From contig NC_045696.1 of NCBI RefSeq assembly GCF_009834535.1, positions 90,336,001 to 90,400,000 on the forward strand: DNA of 64,000 nucleotides, written 5' to 3'. The translations under genes and the position numbers were made by a program. The notes under the pieces are model-generated. The model was not told the origin of the DNA. It saw only the letters and a list, made by a program, of their open reading frames with translations, and ran no database searches. This DNA comes from Camelus ferus. Taxonomy: Eukaryota. Each line of letters begins with the position of its first letter. Positions within the stretch are counted from its first letter, which is position 1. Shown here piece after piece: positions 1 through 13,530 of the stretch.

Positions 1-2489
1 AAAACTGGGGAAAAGTTCGATAGAATTTAAGCATGCTTTATTGGGAAGCTACTGGAGGATGCGCTCCACCAAAATGAGGCAGTAAACCAGGAAAAGAGAA
101 GAGACAGAATTTAGGAAGCAGGGATTCAACACAGCAGAGTTGGATGACACATCGGAGCAGGAAGCCGGTGGGCTCCGGAGAGAGTGTGTTAAAGATAAAA
201 AAGCAACAGATTACCTGACACGTTTGGACTCATTAAGAGATTAACAGTTCTGGCAAAGAGTTGGAGGAGCTTTAGGGATAGTTATAAATCAAAACATAAG
301 ATAATTTTGAACCCCAGAGAGAGAAAAAGTTGCGTAACAAAGGAAACATCATCAGTGAACACTTAGCAGGGAGAAAATATTTACAGTAATCACCACAGTG
401 TTAACATTGAATGTTGACTTAACCAAAAATTATGGTATGATTATATTGGAAATACGGGCAGAACAAGAGTGCCAAATCCTCGTCTTTCTTAGGAGGAAGT
501 CAGAAGTTTAAATCTGAAAAATCAATATTGAAGCATATGATTTAGATACATGGAGGAAATATCCAGAAGAAGCAGTGGCTAGTGGAAAGTGAGACTTGTT
601 TCTCTGATGCGGAAGGCCACGTGGGAAATGGTCATCTGTCAGACCGTAGGCAATTTTTTCTGGTCAACAAATCCCAGACTTTTGTGATTCTTTCCCCTTC
701 CTTCACTGAGTTCAGCCAAAGTCCTCCCTTGAGGGTTGCCAAGTGTAAGCTCTAAGGAAACACACAAGCACCCACAATGAACTTCATTTGAACTTGGTTT
801 CATCCTTTTCCAAAAGCATCATAACAAATAGGGAAGGCGCCAGAGCCACATGGGTGGGTGGGGGTGTCAGTCTGGCATCTATGTCTCTTGTCAACATGAA
901 GACCCAACAGTGGCTTCACCCAGCATACAGGCACTCAGTGAAGGTTTGAATGAACGAATGAATGAATGAACAACGAAAGAAAACCCCACTATTTTTCATA
1001 CACCATGAATGCTTCAAATGTTAGGGCCTACATTATTGGCCTCTAGCACTTCTTTCTGACTCGCTCAGAGAATTAATGGCCTCGAGTGTGTTTTGATGTA
1101 TACGAAGTGGGCATCTCTAATGTGCAAGGGACACTCCTGCCTTCAAATGTATTACCATCTGTTTGGGGAGGCAAAATGTGAACAAAGGGAAATGTAAACT
1201 TAAAGGCCACTGACAGTTGAACGGCTGGTGCAGACGGCTGGTGGGTACACAAGCTGCAGAGTCCCTAGGGCTTTCTCCAAAGTATTTCGTTCACACTGAG
1301 GATGGGAAGACAGGAAGGCAAAAGTCAACAAACTGCAAATTTGGTTGGCTCCCCGCAAGCATTCTCATGTTTACCTTAGCATTTTCACTCCAAGGCAGAG
1401 AAATAACATTTCCTCTGGTGTTGAAATCTCGCCAGTCTTTTTCCTTCCTGCCAGGAGGGCAGTGGGAGGAGTGCTAGCCGGCGGCCTGCTCCGCTCATCC
1501 TTGACTGTAGATGTGAGCTGATTTCCCCCATTTGGGTATTTCCTCCCACTGGAACCGTGATCAAACCGTAACCAGAAGTAGCTAAGAGAACTCTCCCTGG
1601 TCTGGGCCCCTTCTATTGGTGTTTTCTAATTCTGGAATTCTGTGTCACCACTCCTGTGTCCTCAGGAAATCACCAGATCCAATGCCAGCCACACCAGTTC
1701 ACACCAGAGCAGCCCCTTCCTCTTCTAGGAGGAATATCCCAGTGGAGGAGAATTCTTGGTCTCACGCTGCACTGTTCAGGCTTCGAAATATAGTGTCTTT
1801 ATTTCTTTAGCTCCAGTTACTTTGCTTTTATTTACTCTTGTTAAAATACCCAGAAGAGCAATATTCTCAGTTTTGTAAATACTCCATCTTAGCAAAATGC
1901 AGTGCCCTTACCATTTAAACATCCCTGACTTTTGGAAATAAGATAACTGCAGTCTTAAAAGGCTCTTGAACTCTGTGGGATGGTCACTTCTAGGGATCTG
2001 GTTGTTTGTGTGTGTGTTTTGGAGCACCCTGTTCTAACTCTCTGCATCCAGAACAGAGCCTGGCATAGAGAAGTCCCTTATAAATATTTTAGATGAATGA
2101 CAAATAAAAACCTTACATCTGATGGCCATAAGCTAATCCTACCACAGTATGAGAGAGTGTTGGGGAGTTCTGTTTTGTGTTCTCTTCAAATCCACTTGTC
2201 CATCCTGTGAGCTTCGTAGATTCTACCTATTTTGGCCTGGGAGCCCACGTATGCTGATTAATCTAGTGGTTCTTGTCTCAAGTGTAGAGGAAAAGGGCTC
2301 TCTCCTGACTCTTTTCAAATACTTTCCTTTGTGAGGCCCGCTCCAAGAGGACAGGGCTCCAGATGCCATATTCTATGAACCACACAAGCCTCTAGCATAG
2401 TTTATGATGTAGGAAAATCTGTGTAGGCAGAAAGCAGTTCTCACCTTAGCCGTCACAGGAAGAAGGTCACCATAAGCCCTGTCCCAGCC

Positions 2490-4180
2490 ATGCTTCATTC
2501 TGTTGTGGGAGCTGAGCACCTGCTGTGTGTCAGTGGTAAACAAGACAGACACATCTCTGCTTTCAAGGAACTTACAGTCTCGTGGAGGAGCTGGAAGTTA
2601 GAGAGTCCTATGGAGCCACATAAAGGGACATGTGACCCAGACAGCCACAGAGAATGGCCTCCAAGAGCTGAAAACAGTGCAAGTCATGTGGGCAAGGAGA
2701 GGGTTCCCAGGAAAGGAAAAGCATGTGTTAAGGCCCATAGGTGAGAGATGCTGGGATGTATTTGGACTAAACCTGGAACATAATGCATGGGGTACAGGTA
2801 GATGCAGATGAGTGAGGGTGAGAGAAGCAGAGGGCAGACCACAGAGGCATCATGTTAGGAAGTTTGGGCTTTATCCTCAGATAAATGAGAAGTCACTGAA
2901 GTATTTTAAGTAGAGGGGGCAAGGGGGGCATAATCATAATTTGCATTTTAGAAATGCCAAGTGGTGATCTGAACCAGCACAGTGGCAGTGGAGATGAAGA
3001 AAAGCAGCAGGATTTAAGAGTCTTTTAGGAAACAGGTGGGAGGGGAAAGGATATGGTGGATAGAGAAGGGGAGAAGTCAAGATGAAGCTGTAGGCTTCTA
3101 GAAGGAGCAGGTGTGTGAATGAAGGTGCCATTCCCTGAGCTGGAGCTCACAGAGGAAGCACAGGCTTGGAGAAGGTGGGAAGATAACTGATTCAGTTTTA
3201 ACCCATTGAATTTGAGTTACCTGAAGGAAATCCAAGCATAGATAAACGTGCATATTTGAATCTAGAGCTCAGCTGAGAATCTGGACTGAAGACAGGGATT
3301 TGGGTAGCATCAGCACAAAGATGGTAACAAAAACCATGGAGGTGGATGAGAGTGTGTAGAAGAGAAGACAAGGACAAAGCCTCAAGGAGCCCCAACATTT
3401 AAAGGCAAGACAAAGGAAGAGAAGTCTGTGGCATAGATTAAGAGGAAGCAGCCAGCAAGGAAGGAGAAAACCCAGGAGTGCAGAGTCAGGGAAGCAAGAG
3501 AGGAGAGAGCTGTAGGTCAGGGTGGACATCACTGTCCAGTGATGCTGAAGGATTAAGCAAGATAAGGGTGGAAAAATTGTGTTGGATTTAGCAGCAAAGC
3601 AGGTGTTTTGAGTTGAATTGTGCCTCCATTCATATGTTAATGTATTAACCTCAGTGCTTCAGAATGTGACTATATTTGGAAATTGAGATTTTAAAGAAGT
3701 AATTAAGTTAAAATGAGGACATATGGGTGGACCCTAATCCAGCATGACTAGTGTCCTTATAAAAAGATGTTAGGACACAGACCACACAGAGAGGGAAGAC
3801 CATATGAAGACACAGGGAGAAGGCAGCCATCTGTGAGCCAAGAAGAGAGACCTCGGAAGAAACCATCCATCTTTGATCTCATCCATCCTTGATCTCAGAC
3901 TTCCAATTGCCAGAACTGTGAGAAAATAAAATGCCACCAGTCTGTGGTACTTTGTGGTGGCAGCCCTCAAAGACTAACTCAGCAGTAGTGGTGACTTTGA
4001 TGGGAGAAGCTGCTTTGAGAGCAGCCTGACAGGAAGCCAGACAGCAGAGACTGAGGAGTGAGCAGGAATGAGGAAATGTACAGCGATTATGGAAAATGAT
4101 TAAAAACAAAAAAAAGACCCTGTCTGTGAAGGGAAGGAGAAGTGGTACCTGGAGGAAGCTGTGGGGTCACTAGAAGGGAG
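2490..4180 (-). mobile_element. LINE-2 fragments interrupted by a MaLR LTR (MLT1A/B-like, ~3604-3981)
   Basis: Purine-rich L2-like text. MLT1 motifs AGAATGTGACTATATTTGGA...CCCTAATCCA...CCAGAACTGTGAGAAAATAAA...GGCAGCCC. Confidence 0.7.
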
Positions 4181-4399
4181 TGGACTAGTTAGTTGCTGGA
4201 TTCGTCAGTTGGTTTAAAAGTGATACAGCCAGTTTTTAATAGCTCTCCAGCTGAAGATTCAGAGCACATTCCAAGAAGGTCACATTAACATTCCAAGTCT
4301 AGGGTTTAACCAAGACCTAGCTAACACACCCATTCTGGTGGAGGCTCTAGAGCAGCAATCTCTAATAAAGCAGTCCCTGGCTGCATTTACTGATTGAAA

Positions 4400-4566
4400 T
4401 TTAAGTTAATTACTATTGAATAGAATTTAAAATTCAGTTCCTCAGTCACAATTGCCAACTTTCAGGTGCTCAATGGCCACGTATGGCTAGTGGCTACCAT
4501 ATTAGACAGCACAGATATTAGAGAACATTTCCATCATCACAGTGGTCAGTACTGGTCAGTGCTGCC
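4400..4566. mobile_element. hAT-Charlie DNA transposon (MER3-like)
   Basis: AAATTCAGTTCCTCAGTCACA...GTGCTCAATGGCCACGTATGGCTAGTGGCTACCATATTAGACAGCACAG matches the recalled consensus. Confidence 0.7.
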
Positions 4567-5119
4567 CCAGAGTTTATACTGCTGTCAAGGAAAGGGCTGG
4601 TGCAAACCCCACCATGTCACATGGTACAGTGTAAGTGAATAGAGGAGGGTCAGCAAGAGAATGCATGTCATTCCCAAGCCACGTGCTGTTCAAGAAAGAT
4701 ATGCTCAGGCCAACCACAGCTGGACACAGCCCAGCTTGTGCTCTGAGAGAGAACCCCTTCTGCTGTGGACTTTGAGATGTGATACCAGGCAGTAGAACCT
4801 GACAGAGGGTGTGACTGGAGGCTTTTATGGTCAAGAGGCCTAGGAGCAGAGATGAACCTCCTGCCAGCTGAACAGGGGCCCCTCTCCTAAGGGCCAGGAG
4901 GGAAGCTGAGCCATGAAAGTCCCAGGGAGGGACCCCTGTGTCCAGCAGCTGGGGTTTTCCTTCCTAGAATTTCCAGGCTCTGTCTCTGGTACAAGAAGGA
5001 ATGAAATGGTTTACTTTTCTTTAACCATTCTGCTGACGATTTTTTGTTGTTGTTGAAAATGAATATATTTGTTGCTTTTTATTTTACAAGACAAAGCTAT
5101 GTTTGACTGTGTATTTTTT

Positions 5120-5840
5120 CTTTTTTTATTGTGTTAAAATATACACAAGATAAAAATTTACCATCTTAACCATTTTTAAGTGTACAATTCAGTGATATTA
5201 AATATATTCACCTTGTTGTGCAGCCATCACCACATCCACCCCCATAACTCTTCATCTTGTAAAACTGACATTATACTAATTAAATAATAACTTCCAATTC
5301 TCCCCTCCCCAGCCCCTGGCAACCACCATTATATTCTCCATCTTCGTGATTTTGACTCCTCCGTAAAAGTGGACTCATACAGTATTTGCCTTTGTGTGAC
5401 TGACTTATTTCACGTAGCATGACCTCAAGGTTCATCAATGTTGTAGCATATTGCAGAATTTCTTTACTCTTGAAGACTGAATAACATCCCATTGTATGTA
5501 TAACCACATTTTACTTATCCATTCTTCCATTGGTGGACACTTGGGTTGCTTCCGCTTTTTAACTATTGTGAATAGTGCTGCTATGAACATGGCTGTGCGA
5601 ATCTCTCTTCAAGACCTAGCTTTTAATTCTTTTGGGTGTGTACCAGAAGTGGCATTGCTGGGTCATATGGTAATTTTATTTTTAATTTTTTGAGGAACCT
5701 CCGTACTGTTTTCCGTAGTTGCTGTGCCATTTTCCTCTCCTGCCAGCAGTGTGCAAGTGTTCCAGTTTCTTCACATCCTCACCAATACCTGTTGTTTTCT
5801 GTCTTCTTTGATGGTAGTCATCCTGATGGGTGTGAGGTCT
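5120..5840 (-). mobile_element. Old LINE-1 3' end (L1MA/L1MB-like)
   Basis: TTTACCATCTTAACCATTTTTAAGTGTACAATTCAGTG...GGACACTTGGGTTGCTTCC...TTTTGAGGAACCTCC; minus-strand ORF2 C-terminal remnants. Confidence 0.88.
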
Positions 5841-6699
5841 TTCTACTGGCACTTTTTAAAAATACTCTGGTTTAAGTATGTCCACCTGAAATGGACCACA
5901 GAACTGACCACAGACTCCAAAATGATGGGCAGAGAGGATTTGGTCTCTTTTGATAGGATAAGAATCTCTCTCTAAGTAAGGGAAGAACACAGTACTCTTT
6001 AACTACATTTTGCCCCAAAATAAACTATTTTGATTGCTGCACCTAAGATGTAGTGATACCTGTAGTCCTAAATCTTACTCAGATTCCTTAAAACTAGCTT
6101 TAATTTCCAAAAGGTTAATACCGTATTATTTTGTTGGTACCATTTATTATTTTGCAATGAAAAATTAACACTACAAAAAAAAAGTAATAGTTCCACTAAA
6201 TATTTCCACCAGAGAAAAATAACTTTACTTCCAGTAAGATCTGAAAGACAGCATATCAATTTACATGGAATTTTGAGGCAGTTACATTGCCTCAAAATTC
6301 ATATTTAATCCCCAAATGAGGTAAGTAAAAGTTATGCAGGTCAGTGAGGAGGAAAACAGAAGTGAGTTTTATTAAGTATTAAGACTGCTCAAGGTGTGGC
6401 CCACAGCCATACCCCCTCACGCTCTGTAGGATCGTGACCTCAGGTGAAGAGGGGGTGGGGTTGGAGAGAACTCAACAGGACAGCACCAAAAAGGATGCGG
6501 GGTATAGCAGGACATGGTTAGGAGGCCTCAGGCCCCTTGAGTCAGTAACAACAATATTTAGTCCTCCTGGGGTGCTTTTGAAACTTTAGAAGCTACTCAA
6601 AGCCCCACCACAGGCCTGGGGCACCAAGTTGCCGAGAAAAGTCACTGCTACAAATATCTTGTAACCTGAGGTCCTGCTGGGCAGACTTGGAGGAAGGAA

Positions 6700-7340
6700 A
6701 AACCAACACCAAGTGTGTGTTACAGTCCCACCCTCCTCACTGAGCTTCCAGCATCCGCTTGTGCCTGTTCCCATGTGTTCACAGCAGGGCAACCAGAGTG
6801 ACCCTTTCCAGACACCTCTGAGCATGTCAGGCCTCTGCTTAAACATTCAGGCCTCACGTCCATCTTAGAACAAAGACCACATCCTTATAGGGTCTTTAGG
6901 CCCACTTCCCCACCATCATCGTCCACTTCCTGCTCTCGCACACTGGCCTCCTGTAAGTTCCTCAAGCTTTCCATGAGGACACTTTGCTGCCACAGAGCTC
7001 TGGACCTGCTGTTCCCTCTGCCAGGACCTCTCCTCCTTCCCGTCCCCTCTGCCTTGTCTCACACTTAAGATCCCTTCTTAAAGGTCTTTTCTTCCTTAAA
7101 CTTCCTGCCCCAGACTAGTTTACCACTCCCAGCACCAGTATCTTTCCCTCAAGAGTTTATCACCATATGCAGTTATGCAGTCACATGCATGATTATTTGA
7201 TGATCATCTTCCCTCTCCACTTAAGCTGTGATCTCCGTAAGGGCAAGGTCCATGTCTGTTTAGCTCTCCATGTTGTTTCCAAATGCCTGGCACAGCTACC
7301 TCACAGGCTCTCAGTAAATGCTTGATGAATGAATAAATGG
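6700..7340 (+). mobile_element. LINE-2 3' fragment
   Basis: Pyrimidine-rich L2-like text ending TGCCTGGCACAG...CTCAGTAAATGCTTGATGAATGAAT. Confidence 0.7.
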
Positions 7341-9949
7341 TAGAGTGCTGTCCCATCCTTCATAAATGTAATATTTGGGTTCATTCCCCACCACTCCAGC
7401 ACAGGGTGTAGTCAGTATGTATATTTCTATCCCATATACAAAAAAGGCTCACTCATATCTTAATCTATATTAATTTTTCTTTTAAATGTTATTAACTTTT
7501 TACAAATTCAAAAATTCCAACTAACTATAGTCATCAATTTCTTTGTGACATTCATATGGCCAAAGGCAGGCGGAAACCTCTCTAGATCAACTCCTGTGTC
7601 CTTTCAGCATGGCTCCTGAAGTCCTGGAAATCATTCTTGCTTTGTTCTAGATATATCTTGAGATTTTCTCTGCCTCAAACATGGACTCAGCTGTCCTCTG
7701 GGAGTCCCATTTCCCTGTAGATCCCAGTCCAGGGCAGAGAGGGCACACAAGAGAGTGAGTGTGAAGGAAGGTGCCCCACTGATTTTCTCCATCATTAGCA
7801 GTGCTAGAGAGTCAAGTGTCGCCTTTAAGGGCTTTCGTTCACAATAAATGCTCTGATTTAACATATTGTTGAAACCTACTTTCCTTAAGTACAAGATTTC
7901 ATTCACTATCATTTTTTTTTCTTTTCTAACTCTTTCCTCAACTGAGGCTGAGAGAGCTTCTGTAATGTGTCCAGAGTGACATCGTCAGTAAGCAGCAGAT
8001 GTTATTTCAAACCTAGTCTAATCCCCAAACTCATATTCTCGCCATTACGCAACACTCCGAAACAGAAGCTATAGTTCTGGTCCTCTGTCCAGTTATTCAA
8101 TGAATCAGTCCTCCCTTATAGCTTAGGACTTGTCTTCTTTCCTTCTCTATCCTCTGTTACATATTATAAGGTGATCTAAGTATGTCCTGCCCTTCTGGAC
8201 ACACTGCCAATGAAGAAGGGAAGAAAAGAAGTTCCCTGTGATTGCATCAAAATGAGAAAGAGTTCTTTTAAAAATTATTTTTATACCTTCAAGAACTATT
8301 CTCTCAAGGCAATCAAATTACCTTAGACTTCAAGGTCAAGGTCGGGCTAAAGAGTAGAGTATAAGCAAACAACAAAAGAAATAACCTGGACAGTGCAAGC
8401 CAGCAGAGCATCAGTTAGTGAGGATTCAAATGCTGCTGAGTTCTTAATTTCAGAGTAAACCACCTGCTCCCCTCCTTACAAAATTGGCTTGGTGATCAAA
8501 TAAGAGCCCACTTAAAGCTCTTATCCTAGCACCTGACATAGAGCAAATATTCAAAAGATGTTATAGACCATTAGTAGAGTTACTTCTTTCTGAACCAGCC
8601 AGTTTATGGAGCACCTATGATATATACAGTGTTATGATTCAAGCTGGGGGTTATTATAAACAAAAAAGAATCCTGCCTGTAAAATAATTAAAATAATGGT
8701 TTCAAGGATTGGCTTTATTGATAGAAATGTTTATAGAAGGCCCAGGGTGCTGTTTTGAGTCAGAGGAGGAAGATGGGCTGGCCGAGGCCGGGGCTGAGTC
8801 AGCTCAGAAGACTGGGATACACACGCTTTCACAGCCTGAGAAAAATTAATGAGTCAAAAGTAACTGAGGTCAGAACTGTGGTGGGTTTACATAAATTAAA
8901 GGTACATCTACTAAATATTGTCAAATGATTTAATCATTTAAGATGTCTTGCCTTCATCAAGAATTCAAAGGGCAATCTTGTTTTTAGGCATAAAAAACAC
9001 TTTATCTCACCCCAGGCCTACTTCCTCCAAATACATCACACTTTACTTACTTAGGTGTCCTCATTCAGTGATTATATTATCAAACTAGTGTCTACTAATG
9101 TCTTCAGTGGCTTTGCCTCTAGGGATGGCGGATCCAAATAAACTGCAGTCAGCTCGGTAGCATGTGGTAATGGCATAATAGAGAAAATTGGGAAGTCCCT
9201 GTCCCACACATTATAAAATCTATATTTTGTAAAAGCAGAAGGAAAATTCTCAAACTGCTGGTGCACAGCAAATCTGTCTTAGTCATAGCTAATCTCAGTT
9301 TCTGTAGACAGTGGCACAAACTGACAATAATTCCTTTTAGTTCCTAATTTCTTAAGTACAGAATGAGTTAGCTAAGAAAGCTGAGCAGCCTAGTTAGTAA
9401 CTGAAGCCAGTTTGATAGAATTTTAAAAATATTATATATGATTCAGGTACTTCTATGAAAGTAGTACTGGAAGTGGAGCTAGGTTAAACTCTACAATGAC
9501 AACCTGAGCTTATGCTGTTATATATATATTTTTTCCCTTATAACTGGCACTTCTGTATCATCCATCCAAATGTTCATTCACCTCTCGAGTTTCTAATAAA
9601 TGCTGCACAAGTTTTGTAACTAAGTCTCTGTGAACCCTTCCATAACAAGATAGTTAGCAAACTATGCACATAATGTAAGTGTTTCCCCCAGGACTATGGG
9701 CATCCAGGGAGTTTGTCATCTGCCTGCTGCATGGATGAAAAAGAGTAACTCTTGATGTGAAATCAAATCCCCAGGCCTATTTCACTCACAAGAGTGGGAG
9801 TCACATTTACATGATCCCAAGAGCACAGGAATCCAGATCCAAAAAATTAAACTGAGAGTTAGTCTGGGACCCAAAAAGCCCTTTGATTTAAGAAAAAGCA
9901 GACTACCCAGTAAGGATACCAGAAAAGAATTAGAGTTTCAAAAATTTGA

Positions 9950-12900
9950 GATAACCCAACCATGTGACCAATGTTAGGGACATAATTTTTTTCTGTCATA
10001 CTTGAAACATTTATAAAATTGAACATTTACAAAACTTGACCACTGACCAACCACAAAAGGAATCTCAGTAAATACAGAAACTCAGTACCACAGACATCAA
10101 GTTTTCTAACCCCAAGGAAATACAATTTAAAAAAATCACAATTTTTTAAAATGAATCAATGTATTTGGACAATAAGAAATAGTTTTCTAAATATTTCATG
10201 AGTGAAAGAATAAAATTACAAAATATTTAGAAATGGATGCCATTCTATGTGGGAATGCAACAATGCAGAGCTTAGAAAAAAGATATAGCAGAAAAGAAGA
10301 AAAATAAAAAATTAATGATCTAAAGCATTCAGTTGAGGAAGTTATGAAAATAATAATAAAATAGAAAGAAGAAACTAATAAGTGTAAGAACAGAAGTGAA
10401 TGAAATAAAAAAGAAAGCTAACTAACTAGGTTTAATAAAATCAAAAGCTGACTCTTTACAGACCTATAAAGTGGATACAACTCTCCCAAACTGGCCAATA
10501 ATAAATAAAAAGAGGTCCAGATCAACAATACTAAATATGAACATTAAATATAAATATTAATATAGGAATTTTTTTTAATTTCATGAAAGAATGCTATGAA
10601 CAATAAGACAATAATCAGATACAGTAGACAGTTTCCTGGAAAACATTTTTAAAAATCACTTGAGAATTTAAAAAATGTGAAAAGATCTATAAACATTTAA
10701 AAACAAGTCTAATCAGTAATAAAAAAAAATTCAACCACTAAGAAAAGCAATGATCCTTCAAAATGATATAGCAACTCTGGAAGGCAATTGGACAGTTTCT
10801 TACAAAACTAAACATACTCTTACCTGCAATCCAGCAATCACACTTCTTGGTATTTACCCAAAGGACTTGAAAACTTATGTCCACAAAAAATCCTGCACAC
10901 AGATCTTTATAGCAGCTTTGTTCATAATTGTGAAAACATGGAAGCAACCAAGATATTCTTCAGTAGATGAATGGATAAATAAACTGTGGTACATGCAGAC
11001 AATGGAATATTACTCAGTACTAAAAAGAAATGAGCTATCAAGCCATGGAAAAACAGGGAAGAAACTTAAATGCATATTACTAAGTGAAAGAAGTCAATTT
11101 GAAAGGCCTATGTACTGTATGATTCCAACTACATGACATTCTAGAAAAGGCAAGACTATGGAGACAATAAAAAGGCCAGTGATTGCCAGAGGTTGGAGGT
11201 AGGGAGGGATGAATCAGCAGATGACCGAGGATTTTTAGAGCAGTGAAAGTACTCTGTATGATGCTATAATGGTGGATACGTGCCATTATATATCTGTTAC
11301 AACCCACAGAATGTACAACACCAAGAGTGAAACCTAATGTAAACTCTGGAATTCTGGTGATGATGATGTGTCAATGTAGAACCCTCAGTTGTAACAAATA
11401 TACTGCTCTGTGGAGGACGCTGATAATGAGGGCGTCTGGGAGGATGGGGAGAGACAGAGAGTTTATGGGAACTCTCTGTACTTTCTGCTCAATTTTGTTG
11501 TGAATCTAAAACTACTCTTTAAAAAAAGTCTTTTTTAAAAAAGCAACAATTGTTTTACCAAATATTTGAAGAAAGATAACAAAATTCTTAAATAAAATGT
11601 TAGCAAACTAAGTCCACCAATGTACTGAAACTTTAAAAAAAAATGTAAAGTTTATTGCCAGAATGAAACAATGGTTTAACTTCAAAAAAAAAAATCTATC
11701 AATGTAGAAGCCAGTTTAACATGTTAAAAAAGGGAAAATACAGAATTATTTCCATAGATCTAAAAAACTCATTTAACAACTGTAAAGCCCATTTACAATT
11801 AGAAAATAAACTCAGCGAAGTAGGAATAGAAGGGAAAGCTTATGACCTCATAAACGATGTCCTCTAAGAAATTACAGCAAATATTATACTTAATGAAACA
11901 TTGGAAGTGTTTCCTGACAATCAAGAAAAATTCAAGGATTTTCAATATCAGCTCTTCTGTTCAGCCCTTCTATTCAACCCAAGGCTTTAGTCCTCACAAT
12001 AGGCCAGAGATAAATATAAAATATATAATGGTTGGAAAGGAAGAAAAAATTCTTGCCATTAATTGCAGACAATATAATTGTTTACATATGCATTTGTTTT
12101 CTGTTGCAGGGTAACAAATTACCACAAGTATAGCAGCTTCAAACGACACACATTTATTATCTCATAGTTCTGTAGAATTGTGTTCTCTGCTCAGGGTCTC
12201 AGAAGGCAGAAATCAAGGTGGGGCCCTGCTTTTGTTCTCAGCTGGAACTGAGGGTCCTCTTCCAAGCTCATGCGGTTGTTGGCAGAATTAAATTCCTTGT
12301 GTTTGTAGGACTGAGGCTTCCATTTCCTTGATCACCTGGGGACTGCTTTCTGCTCCCAGAAGCTGCCCGCAGTCCCTTGCCACATGGCCCACACTGTGAC
12401 AGTGTGCTTATTTAGGGCTAGCAGGAGAATCTTCCCCTTCCATGGGCTATACGTGTGATATAACATAATAATGGGAGGGACTATCCCATCATCTTTGCCA
12501 TATAAAATAACCTAATCAAGGCAGTGACTACCATATTCACAGGTCCTGCCCACACTTAGGGGAGGAAATTACATGGGTGTGTATATGAGAAGGTAAAAAT
12601 CTTGGAGACTTTCTTAGACTTTTGCCTACCACACCACAGAAAACCTAGGAGATTTTTTTAAACTATTATACTTACTATGACCTTGTAACTGGTTACTAAA
12701 TATAAGATCAACAGATAAAGAACAAAAGTATTTAGACAAGAATCATCTAATTTTAAAAATGTAATAAAAAAGAAGATTCCAATTTTAATACAAAACAAAA
12801 CAAAACCACCAGGTATTTAACTAGGAAAAGAATTCTAACAAAAAGTGGTACATGATACAGGGAAAGTTATCAAACTATAATGAAGGACATGAAAAGACAC

Positions 12901-13530
12901 CTAAACAAGTAGACATATTTACCACAGTCACAAATGACTAAACTTAATATTTTAAATAAATCAGTTCTCTCCAAAGTAATCAGTAAATGCAATGTGATTC
13001 CATACAAAACCCCAACAGATTTTTTTTTCATGGAATTGTCAAGTTCATTCTCAAATTAGTAGCAAGTAATGAAAGGAAAACTACTGCTAAGAAAAGAATT
13101 GAAGGAGCAGGAAGAAGGCGAGAAGGGAACTCACACTTCTGGGTACACTGATTTCCATGCAGGTCCTCACACACGTCCATTTATGGCAAAGGTGGCATTC
13201 AGACCAGTGAGTGATGCTGGGACAACTGGCTATTGATTTGGGGGAAAAGTCACCTTTTCACACATATATACAAAATTATGGATGCTAAAGACTCAGGGTG
13301 GAAAATAACATCTTAACACCTGTAGAAGAAAAGAAGAGGCTATTTTTATGACACTGGAGTAGAAAATGAACTTCCTAAATAAGATATAAAAGCACAAACC
13401 ATGAAAGAAAAGACAGGTCTGATTACACTAAAATGTAAAACGTATGTAGAACAAAAGTCAATTGTACATGAAGTGAAAAAAACAAGCCATAGCCTGAGAG
13501 AAGACATTTTCAATATGTATAATCAACTAC
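9950..13530 (+). mobile_element. Decayed old LINE-1 ORF2 region containing a nested L1MC-like 3' end (10745-11530) and a MaLR LTR (~12090-12633)
   Basis: A-rich + strand. ORF 10750-11136 is an L1 ORF2 C-terminus (LLGIYPKDLKTYVH...IAALFII...DEWINKLWY). MLT1-like GTAACAAATTACCACAA...TGCCTACCACA. Confidence 0.8.

Noticed and set aside
10750..11136. 128-aa ORF, and similar ORFs at 24126-24752 and 32667-33206, as host genes
   Set aside because: These are LINE-1 ORF2 C-terminal remnants.
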